NCBI GenBank assembly: GCA_013377005.1
Contig: JACABE010000002.1
Location: forward strand, 7,165-71,164
Reading direction: 5' to 3'
DNA: 64,000 nt
From: Bacteroidota bacterium
GTDB lineage: Bacteria > Bacteroidota > Bacteroidia > Bacteroidales > JACABE01
Shown here in pieces: positions 56,018-64,000 of this stretch. Made by a program: the position numbers and the translations under genes. The notes beneath the pieces are model-generated. The model worked only from the letters and a program-made list of their open reading frames with translations. It searched no databases and had not been told where the DNA came from. Numbering within the stretch: the stretch's first letter is position 1; each line of letters opens with the position of its first letter.

Positions 56018-59000
56018 TATTTTATCTCCCTTTTACTTAATATTTGTTGTAAATAATCATAATCATAATTATTAGCAAGCGATCTTAAATGCTCAACAAG
56101 TTCTGAATTATCTATTTCAATACTATTTATGAGTTCTATTAGTAAGTCCAAATCCGCAACTGCAATAGCATCCAATAATTTCAAAATAAGACGATTAGGT
56201 ATTTTAGCAATATCCTGAGCTATTGCCAATTCATCATTAATATAACTTTTTTGTTCCGATTGAGATTCCTCATCATAGATATATTTAATATCCAAAGTTT
56301 TAGCGATTGCAATAAATAATTCATTTTCCCTAAACGGTTTTCTGATATATCCTTGCAAACCATATTTTTTTGCTTTTTCTTTATCTTCTTCAAATGCACT
56401 GGCTGTTAATGCAATAATAGGTGTTTGTTTACCTTTTTCTGTTAATTTAATTTGACGACATGATTCATAACCATCCATAACAGGCATTCGTAAATCCATT
56501 AATATAAGATCGGGATTCCACTCCATAAACTTCTCTATTGCATCTTCTCCATTTACAGCTTCTTTTGTTTCAAATCCCACTAAATTAAGAAGTTTTCCAA
56601 CTACTTGTAGGTTCTCTTCTTTATCATCAACAGTCAAAATACGATATTTTTTTTCGCTTTTATCAACACTAATAATACGTTTCTTGACTTTAACTTTAAA
56701 ATCTTCCTTCACACCTTTTTGTATTTCAACATAAAAAGTAAACAATGACCCTTTACCAACTTCAGTAACAACAGAAATATTGCCTCCCATCAAATTAACC
56801 AACTCACGACTCAAAGCAAGACCTAAACCTGTTCCACTTCCTTTTTTAATTCCAGAACTTGTTTGTAAAAAATGTTTAAAAAGATTTTTTAACTCATGTT
56901 CAGAAATCCCTGGTCCTGAATCTTGTATTTCAACAACAAGTTGTGTTGTGTGCTCATTAATTTCATTAATTCGAGTACGAACAGCAATTCCTCCTTCATC
57001 AGTAAATTTTACAGCATTTCCAATTAAATTAATATATACTTGGCGTAATTTATTTTCGTCAACAATTACATGCTGTGGAATATCATCAGCAATTTCAAAT
57101 ATAAATAGTAAATGTTTTGATTGAGCTCGTTCTTTGAAAAGCATTTGAATATCTTTCAAAAAAGCATGCAAATCTATATTTGTAGGAGTTAATAATACAC
57201 GTCCTGCCTCAACCTTTGAAAGTTCTAGAATATTGTTTATTAGCATTAGAAGATGTTCTCCTGCACGAATTATAGATGTGTTATATTCTCTTTGAATTTC
57301 TGTTAATAAAGGATCTCGATTCATAAGTTGAGAAAATCCAATTATTGCATTTAAAGGTGTTCTTATTTCATGTGACATATTTGCTAAAAACATACTTTTA
57401 GACTTGTTTGCCAATTCCGCCTCTATTTTGGCATTCAAAAGTACAGTTTCTAATTCCTTTTGTTCGGTAATATCCCAATTTGTACCAATCATTCGCAGTG
57501 GTGTACCCGTTATGTCGCGCTGAACAGTCGCCAAAGACCTAACGTTATGGATAGAACCATCTGGCCATACAACACGAAACTCAGAATTAAATTCTTTCTC
57601 ACCGTTTATTGCCATATGAATTTCGCCATCAGATCTTAGTTTATCTTCAGGATGAATACCTGCCCTCCAAATATTATAGGCATTTTCATATTTCTTATCA
57701 ACAATTCCATAGATTTCAAACATCTGATCGTCCCACAACAAAACATTATTTAAAATATCTAAATCCCATACGCCCACTCCTCCTGCTCGGGTTGCCAATG
57801 CCAAGCGTGTAGAAACTTGTTTTAGTTCGTTTTCTGCTTTTTTACGTTCAGTGATATCACGACTGATTCCTAAAATACCTATTAAAGTTCCATCATGTCC
57901 TAAATAAGGTGTCTTTAAGGTATCAACCAATATTTTTCGTCCATCATTGGGGTAAGTAATCCATATATCATTATGATTAGGTTTACGTGTTTTCATCATA
58001 AGCTTGTCTTGCTCTATAAAATCATCAGCAATCTCTTTTTCAAAGATATCATAATCGGTCATTCCTATAATTTCATCCTTTGATCGTCCGGAAAATTCTG
58101 CAAAAGCTGGATTGCCCCCAAGATAAACTCCATTTATATCTTTGAAAAAAATTATATCAGGAATTGAATCCAATAAAGAAGTAATTAAAGCAGTTTGCCT
58201 TGTCCTTTCGGCCTCCATTTGTTTGCGTTCAGTAATATCACGTTCAATAAATAATATACTTTCAGGATTGCCATTAGAATCGTGCAAAACAGTAGAATTA
58301 ACATCTATATAAAGTTGACTTTTATCTTTTTTTAAGGCAAGATATTCTGTTATTTTCTGATTTTTTTCGCCTTCGAGCAATTTGTGAATATTATCATTCA
58401 AAATTTTATGATTAGAAGGATCAATAAAATCGAATATTGATTTTTCAAGATTATCATCTTTTTCTTCAACAGAATAACCATGAATGACAGCTAACTTTTC
58501 AGACATAAGTTTGATTTTCCCATCTATTGATGCCATACCTATGCCATCAGGAGAAGCTGAAATAATAGCTTCAAATTTTCTGCTACTTTGTAATAATCCT
58601 TCTTCAGCTTCTTTTCTTTTGGTAATATCACGGCTTATTCCTAGTATTCCTATCAAGATACCATCACTTGCCCAATAAGGAGTTTTTAAAGTGTCAAGCA
58701 AAACTTTTCTACCATCTGGATAAACAACCCATTCTTCATTATGACGAGTTAATTTATTTTCAAGCATCTCATTATCATAGTACCTAAACAAATAAGCCGT
58801 GTCTTTATCGAATAGATTATAATCGTTTTTCCCAATAATTTCATTTTTTGATTTTCCAACAAATTCAGCAAAAGGTGTATTACAGCCAAGATAATTACCT
58901 TCAATATCCTTAAAAAAGATAATATCAGGTATTGAATCTAACAATGATGTTATCAGCCCTGATTGCCTAATACTTTCTTCTTGGGCATGTTTTTTTTCAG

Positions 59001-59715
59001 TGATATCTTCTTTAATTGCAATAAAATGAGTGATTTGTTTATTTTCGTTAATAAGAGGTGATATTGAAGAAGATTCCCAAAAAAGTTCGCCATTTTTCTT
59101 TTTATTTTGTAATTCACCTTTCCATTCTTTGCCCGATAATATTGTTCTCCAAAGTTCTTTAAAATACTCTGGAGAAGAGCTATCTGATTTTAATATTCTT
59201 GGATTTTTGCCTATTACTTCTTCCTTGCTATATCCTGTCAAGTTACAAAATTTAGGATTTACATATTCAATACATCCATTTGTATCGGTAATAACGATTG
59301 AAGCAGGATTTTGCTCTACTGCTTTTGACAATTTAAGAATTTCTTCTTCCGCTTGCTTGTGTTCTTCTATTAATTTTATTAATGAATGAAATAGATAATT
59401 ACTATCGGATGAAATGGATTCTCTTTTATTTAAATCGCTTTGTGCAGAAGGATTGATTGCATATATAGCTTCTTTTATTTTATTGATAGTTTCTTTTTGC
59501 ACTTCAGCATCAATCTTATGCTTTTGGTAAGCATCTCTAAGTTCTTGAGAACTAATTTCTATTGAGTTTTGTAGCAATTGAGAGTCTTCATCAAAATTAT
59601 CATAAGTATTATTGATATCTAAAATAAAGCTTTTAAACTCTTCAGATAGGTTATTGATAGAACCAAAATGCTTGTTAATTTGGCGAAATAAAAGTTTATT
59701 CAATTTATTTTCCAT
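56017..59715 (-). CDS. Cytoplasmic hybrid kinase: 5 PAS - HisKA - HATPase - REC - conserved tail
   Basis: 1232 aa. PAC ends EDITEKK, RDITKRK, RDITERK (twice) and WDITEQK. H-box MSHEIRTPLNA. GTGLGLALS. REC: LILMDLRMPVMDG. Confidence 0.92.
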   Translation of the reverse strand: MENKLNKLLFRQINKHFGSINNLSEEFKSFILDINNTYDNFDEDSQLLQNSIEISSQELRDAYQKHKIDAEVQKETINKIKEAIYAINPSAQSDLNKRESISSDSNYLFHSLIKLIEEHKQAEEEILKLSKAVEQNPASIVITDTNGCIEYVNPKFCNLTGYSKEEVIGKNPRILKSDSSSPEYFKELWRTILSGKEWKGELQNKKKNGELFWESSSISPLINENKQITHFIAIKEDITEKKHAQEESIRQSGLITSLLDSIPDIIFFKDIEGNYLGCNTPFAEFVGKSKNEIIGKNDYNLFDKDTAYLFRYYDNEMLENKLTRHNEEWVVYPDGRKVLLDTLKTPYWASDGILIGILGISRDITKRKEAEEGLLQSSRKFEAIISASPDGIGMASIDGKIKLMSEKLAVIHGYSVEEKDDNLEKSIFDFIDPSNHKILNDNIHKLLEGEKNQKITEYLALKKDKSQLYIDVNSTVLHDSNGNPESILFIERDITERKQMEAERTRQTALITSLLDSIPDIIFFKDINGVYLGGNPAFAEFSGRSKDEIIGMTDYDIFEKEIADDFIEQDKLMMKTRKPNHNDIWITYPNDGRKILVDTLKTPYLGHDGTLIGILGISRDITERKKAENELKQVSTRLALATRAGGVGVWDLDILNNVLLWDDQMFEIYGIVDKKYENAYNIWRAGIHPEDKLRSDGEIHMAINGEKEFNSEFRVVWPDGSIHNVRSLATVQRDITGTPLRMIGTNWDITEQKELETVLLNAKIEAELANKSKSMFLANMSHEIRTPLNAIIGFSQLMNRDPLLTEIQREYNTSIIRAGEHLLMLINNILELSKVEAGRVLLTPTNIDLHAFLKDIQMLFKERAQSKHLLFIFEIADDIPQHVIVDENKLRQVYINLIGNAVKFTDEGGIAVRTRINEINEHTTQLVVEIQDSGPGISEHELKNLFKHFLQTSSGIKKGSGTGLGLALSRELVNLMGGNISVVTEVGKGSLFTFYVEIQKGVKEDFKVKVKKRIISVDKSEKKYRILTVDDKEENLQVVGKLLNLVGFETKEAVNGEDAIEKFMEWNPDLILMDLRMPVMDGYESCRQIKLTEKGKQTPIIALTASAFEEDKEKAKKYGLQGYIRKPFRENELFIAIAKTLDIKYIYDEESQSEQKSYINDELAIAQDIAKIPNRLILKLLDAIAVADLDLLIELINSIEIDNSELVEHLRSLANNYDYDYLQQILSKREIK

Positions 59716-59726
59716 AGTCTTTAGGT

Positions 59727-60869
59727 TTATTTCTCTTTAAATAGAGTAATTGTCATAGTTTGATTATGTAATTCGCAATGTTGTTCGAAAGGTTTAATTG
59801 GACATATTTCTCCATAAGAATAAAAGCCTGTAACAGTAGTAGTATTGCCAATTACTTCGCGAATAATTTCGAGTTCTTCTTCTACTCTTTGCTTTAATAC
59901 TAATTTACGACCAACACAACTAATTAGTATTGCAAGATCAGGGTCAGTCATTTTAAGGCTAATTTTTGACATTTCAGCAGCATCATTAGCTCCATCAATA
60001 AGCTTATCAGAACTTGCTTTCATTAATCTTACATATTCACCCTGAGGAATATCTCCTGCAAAAACCATACTGCCATCGGTTTCATTTACTGATAAAATTG
60101 TTCGTACAAGTGATGTTTCTGAATTTTTTAAACGAAGACTTAAGGGAAAAAGTAATGCTGAAGATGGAAGATTTGCAGCATGAATCCCCAGATAACGCTT
60201 GTAAAGTTCAAGTGCAGAATGTCCATCTAACTCATATAAAATATTTCCTTTTGATTTTGTAACTTCACGATCTACTCCAAATGAATCCCAGCCGCCCATT
60301 GATCCATAACCGACATGAAGGTGTTCGCCATAAAATCCAATAGCTAATACCTGATTTTTCTCACCAATTTTATTGTGAACAATAACGGTTTCGGCAAAGT
60401 TAGCTTGATCGCCAGCCAAACCACCCGTGACAGAAATTCTGTTATTGAGTTTGTTATTTATGCCTTTTGTAAGTTCGCTACCGTTGATATTTAAGCCTTC
60501 TGAAAATATCATTATATGAACAAGATTATTTTTATCAAGTTTTCCAGCAAGCCTCTCGCCTATTGAAAAGCTCTCTTCCATCGAATGAATGTTTTCTGAG
60601 GCTATTTCAATAAATGTTTTTTGAAACCATATTGCAGTGCAAACAATATTATTATTAAAAACTTCTTCCTGACAAATTTCACCTGCAGTTGAACAACCAA
60701 TAATTTGTGCATTCGGGTAAGATGCCTTTACAAAATTGATATGCTGCTGTTCTTTTAACAAGTCTTTGTTCCCAAATAAGAAAACCAACTGAGCTAAATT
60801 GCTTAAATTATTTTCGGTTTTTGTTACCCATCCTTTGGTTTCGGAATATATTATTTGTTCTGTTTTCAT
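59727..60869 (-). CDS. FIST (FIST_N + FIST_C) sensory domain protein
   Basis: The start is taken at MKTEQIIYSETKGW (ATG at 60867-60869); the ORF-track extension is non-homologous. ...LVFLFGNKD...AQIIGCSTAGEI...GFYSYGEI is the FIST pattern as I remember it. It lies 9 nt upstream of the next kinase. Confidence 0.8.
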   Translation of the reverse strand: MKTEQIIYSETKGWVTKTENNLSNLAQLVFLFGNKDLLKEQQHINFVKASYPNAQIIGCSTAGEICQEEVFNNNIVCTAIWFQKTFIEIASENIHSMEESFSIGERLAGKLDKNNLVHIMIFSEGLNINGSELTKGINNKLNNRISVTGGLAGDQANFAETVIVHNKIGEKNQVLAIGFYGEHLHVGYGSMGGWDSFGVDREVTKSKGNILYELDGHSALELYKRYLGIHAANLPSSALLFPLSLRLKNSETSLVRTILSVNETDGSMVFAGDIPQGEYVRLMKASSDKLIDGANDAAEMSKISLKMTDPDLAILISCVGRKLVLKQRVEEELEIIREVIGNTTTVTGFYSYGEICPIKPFEQHCELHNQTMTITLFKEK

Positions 60870-61384
60870 ATGAATGTTTTTAATAAAATTTCTGATTAAA
60901 TAACTGTTTATTAGCTTAAAAATACAATGTCTATGATATATTCTTGTTATATTGGTGTTATTATAACAAGGACTTATTACAGGCAATTATTTTATACGAT
61001 TTTTTACCTTAAATAGTTTTATAAAAATTCTCTCTATTTCATGCTTAGAAACTTGAAGTAAAGATAATAAAATTTTATCAATACTAGTACCTGTTTTTAA
61101 TAAAAAAAACTCATACAGATATTGAATCGTAGGAGTTATATTATTTAATTTCTTCTTATTTTTTTAATAAAAATAATAGCATCTAGTTCTATTGTTTCAC
61201 AATAGTATCAAATCAATTCTCAACTTCTATTAAGCTTTTGAAATCAAAAATAATCATCAAGAAAAATATTTTAGTTTTGCTTTTAAAGGGAAACCTAAAG
61301 TATTCTTTAGACTTACATTACAGACAGAGTGGAAAGCAAATTTTTTATATTAAGTATTTAACAAAAAAAGTTAGAGTTTATATT

Positions 61385-63574
61385 TTAAAAATATTTTTTA
61401 ATCATTGTTAGTAATTCTTCTTTTTGTATAGGTTTCGTAATATAATCGTTGCAACCTGCATCGAGGGCATTTTCTCTATCCTCGGGTAAAGTATATGCCG
61501 TTTGTGCAATTATTATTACATCCTTATTAAACTGCCTGATTTGCCGTGTAGCTTCAAGACCATTCATTCCCATCATTTTTATATCCATCAATATCAAATT
61601 AATATCGGGATTGCAACGTAAAGTTTCAACAGCATCAGCACCTGATTTTACACATAAAAGGTCTTCGCCGAATGATTTAACAAATAATGAAATAAATAAT
61701 TCTGAAGCTTCGTCATCTTCGGCAATTAATATTTTTAGACTTTTAATAGACTTTTCTTCTTTCACTAATGGTACAATATCTGGAATTCCTTCTTTTTCTA
61801 ATTTTACGCAGTTATATGGAATAGTAAAATAAAAGGTAGAACCTTTACCAAGTTCGCTTTCCACCCAAATTTTTCCACCCAACATTTCAACATAGGCTCT
61901 GGCAATAGATAAACCTAAACCAGCACCTTCAAATTGTCGTGTACTCGATACATCTGCTTGCATAAATATTTCGAAAATTAACTGAAGCTTTTTTTCAGCA
62001 ATTCCAATCCCCGTATCTTTAAGAGAAAACAAAAGATAATCTCCATCCTTAATTATACGAAACTCTATCGAACCCGTTTTTGTAAATTTAATAGCATTTA
62101 AAAACAAATTTGAAATAACAGTTTTTAACTTTGCAGCATCAGTTCCAATGACTTCATTTGTTTTAAGTAATTCATTGTAAATTAAAAAACCCAGACCTTT
62201 GTCCGTAAAATAAGTTTCAAAGTTATCAATCATTTCGTTGACAATATCACTAATATTGACTTCTGTTAATTTCAGTTTCAATTGCCGTGCCTGAATTTGT
62301 GAAATTTCAACAATATCATTAATAGTATTCATAAGTCGGTACGAACTTTTGTTAATTATATTAATGTATAAATCCCTTTCATTTTCTGTAAGAGTATTAT
62401 CTTTAATTATTGATAGAAATCCAAGTATTCCGTTAAATGGCGTTCTTATTTCATGCGAAATATTATTCAAAAAAGCTGTCTTTAAACGAGCAGTTTCTTC
62501 AACCTTATCTTTAGCAATTAGTAATTCCTCATTCAACTTTTTGTATTCAATATTTTGCTTTTCAATTTCCAGGTTTTTCTCTTTAAGACTATTTTCATAT
62601 CTTTTACTATCAGTAATATTTACCCCGATACTTGCTGTACCCGTTACCTCTTCTGAATCAGATTTTAAAGTGATATTGTACCAAGATATGTATATAAGAT
62701 TACCACTTTTTGTAAATATCTCATTTTCATTGTTAGATAAAATATTGTCTTCACGAATACCTTTTATAAAGATTTGATATATAATATCTTTCATTTCAGA
62801 AGGAATAAAAAGGTCGAACCAATTTTTTCCATTGATTTCGTCAAAAGAATATCCCGTTATGTATAAAAAGTAGTCATTACAAAAAGTAATATTACCTTCC
62901 TTGTTAAGCATAAGAGATACAATATTTCCACTATCAAAAATCTTGCTTAATCTTCGCTCCGATTCCAATAGCTTTATTTGCATCAATCTGTTTTGCCAAT
63001 TTCTTGATTGCTTCAACATTAATAATCCGAGTAGCATACAAGCAGGTGAATATATCAATAATATTGGTAAAGCAATGGTTTTAAAAGTTATAAGTATTTT
63101 ATCAGAAGGTAAAAGCAAAGTGCAAACAGACATAACAAGATGTACTATCAATCCCAAAGCTAATAATTCAAAAATATAATTATTAGTTTTCCAAGATGGT
63201 CTAAACTTACGCCACAACAAACCAATACCTCCAGAGCTAATAATTACAGCTAAGCCCATCCATATACCAGCACCACCAATATAAATTCTTGTAATACCAC
63301 AAATCAAAATTGCAACAAAAGTAGGAAGAGCACCAAAAAACAAACCCGAAATTGAAAGCATAACCGAACGAGTATCGAAAGCAATTCCAGGAACCAAAAT
63401 CCATGGTGTAAACATCAAAGCAACCCCAATTCCTCCAATAATAATACCAGTAATTATCTTAGTAATAATACTCTTTGAATCTTCTTTTTGTATCCATATA
63501 TTTTCATATAGCATTGCAAAAGAAAGCAAGATTGCAACATTTTGCAACAATTCTATTATTATTGAATCTTTCAT
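61385..63574 (-). CDS. Membrane hybrid kinase: 5TM LytS/YhcK-type receptor - PAS - HisKA - HATPase - REC
   Basis: 729 aa. N-terminal multi-TM region with FDTRSV..ISGLFFG (5TMR-LYT-like). H-box ISHEIRTPFNG. GAGLGLSIA. REC: LILMDIKMMGMNG. Confidence 0.9.
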   Translation of the reverse strand: MKDSIIIELLQNVAILLSFAMLYENIWIQKEDSKSIITKIITGIIIGGIGVALMFTPWILVPGIAFDTRSVMLSISGLFFGALPTFVAILICGITRIYIGGAGIWMGLAVIISSGGIGLLWRKFRPSWKTNNYIFELLALGLIVHLVMSVCTLLLPSDKILITFKTIALPILLIYSPACMLLGLLMLKQSRNWQNRLMQIKLLESERRLSKIFDSGNIVSLMLNKEGNITFCNDYFLYITGYSFDEINGKNWFDLFIPSEMKDIIYQIFIKGIREDNILSNNENEIFTKSGNLIYISWYNITLKSDSEEVTGTASIGVNITDSKRYENSLKEKNLEIEKQNIEYKKLNEELLIAKDKVEETARLKTAFLNNISHEIRTPFNGILGFLSIIKDNTLTENERDLYINIINKSSYRLMNTINDIVEISQIQARQLKLKLTEVNISDIVNEMIDNFETYFTDKGLGFLIYNELLKTNEVIGTDAAKLKTVISNLFLNAIKFTKTGSIEFRIIKDGDYLLFSLKDTGIGIAEKKLQLIFEIFMQADVSSTRQFEGAGLGLSIARAYVEMLGGKIWVESELGKGSTFYFTIPYNCVKLEKEGIPDIVPLVKEEKSIKSLKILIAEDDEASELFISLFVKSFGEDLLCVKSGADAVETLRCNPDINLILMDIKMMGMNGLEATRQIRQFNKDVIIIAQTAYTLPEDRENALDAGCNDYITKPIQKEELLTMIKKYF

Positions 63575-63716
63575 CTATATGTACTATTTATATTATTGAT
63601 TTCGTGTATATAATATTTCAAAATTCTTAAGACTCCAATATATTTTACCAATGGAATATACATAATATATTCATTTCTTTTCTCATATATCAGAACATGA
63701 GTATTCATATAATTTT

Positions 63717-64000
63717 TCAATTGGTCATCATTAATTTATTTATCTTTTGTTTCAATTCATCATCCTTAAATGGTTTTGCAATATAATCATTACAACCTAA
63801 AGATATTGCATTTTCATTTTCTTCAGAAAAAGCATAGGCAGTTTGTGCAATTATAATTATATCTGAGTTAAATAAACGAATTTCTTTGGTTGCCTGATAT
63901 CCATCCATTTCCGGCATTTGTATATCCATAAGTACTACGTTAATATCCAAATTATTGCGACACATTTCAACTGCTTCTAATCCATTTCTTGCTACCCATA
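63717..64000 (-). CDS. C-terminal receiver domain of a further (hybrid kinase?) gene; the 5' part lies beyond the right edge
   Basis: The frame stays open upstream of the ORF-track Met: ...WVARNGLEAVEMCRNNLDINVVLMDIQMPEMDGY...IAKPF. Similar to the C-terminal RECs of 44409-45953 and 61385-63574. Confidence 0.85.
   Translation of the reverse strand, partial: WVARNGLEAVEMCRNNLDINVVLMDIQMPEMDGYQATKEIRLFNSDIIIIAQTAYAFSEENENAISLGCNDYIAKPFKDDELKQKINKLMMTN

Noticed and set aside
17413-64000. A horizontally acquired island or defence island, suggested by 46 kb of strictly co-directional accessory-looking genes
   Set aside because: There are no integrase, tRNA, flanking direct repeats, restriction, toxin or nuclease genes. 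Composition looks similar to the housekeeping block by eye. Co-directionality alone is insufficient.

Overview
The window is visibly AT-rich and looks like a Bacteroidota chromosome: it has a T9SS type-B C-terminal sorting domain, TAnnTTTG-type -7 promoter boxes and almost no Shine-Dalgarno sites. It falls into three blocks.

(i) 1-17.4 kb, both strands, housekeeping. This block holds a lepA fragment, a T9SS-secreted multidomain surface protein, a deoxyhypusine-synthase-like plus arginine-decarboxylase polyamine pair, sdhCAB, two M24B aminopeptidases and tig-clpP-clpX.

(ii) 17.4-30.9 kb, all minus strand, a fimbria-like locus.
- Seven secreted DUF4402-like subunit genes. Three of them are near-identical tandem copies, each with its own terminator; two of those copies, plus a fourth more divergent subunit gene, sit behind sigma-54 -24/-12 promoters.
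- A PapD-like periplasmic chaperone.
- An outer-membrane protein of about 1,130 aa with an usher-like core that ends in OmpA-like and SPOR peptidoglycan-binding domains.
- Two paralogous NtrC-type sigma-54 activators.

(iii) 31.2-64 kb, all minus strand, an uninterrupted array of about 33 kb of two-component genes.
- Nine PAS/GAF-rich histidine kinases, plus a partial gene at the right edge.
- A FIST protein, an orphan CheR and a PocR-multiPAS protein with no output domain.
- I could see no canonical HPt domain and no DNA-binding output inside the array.

My best candidate for an undescribed system is block (ii), possibly driven by block (iii): a sigma-54-controlled, chaperone-usher-like fibre with an atypical cell-wall-anchored usher.

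I saw no rRNA, tRNA, CRISPR array, transposase, integrase or recognisable defence genes. All family assignments come from motif recognition by eye and need HMM or structure confirmation.
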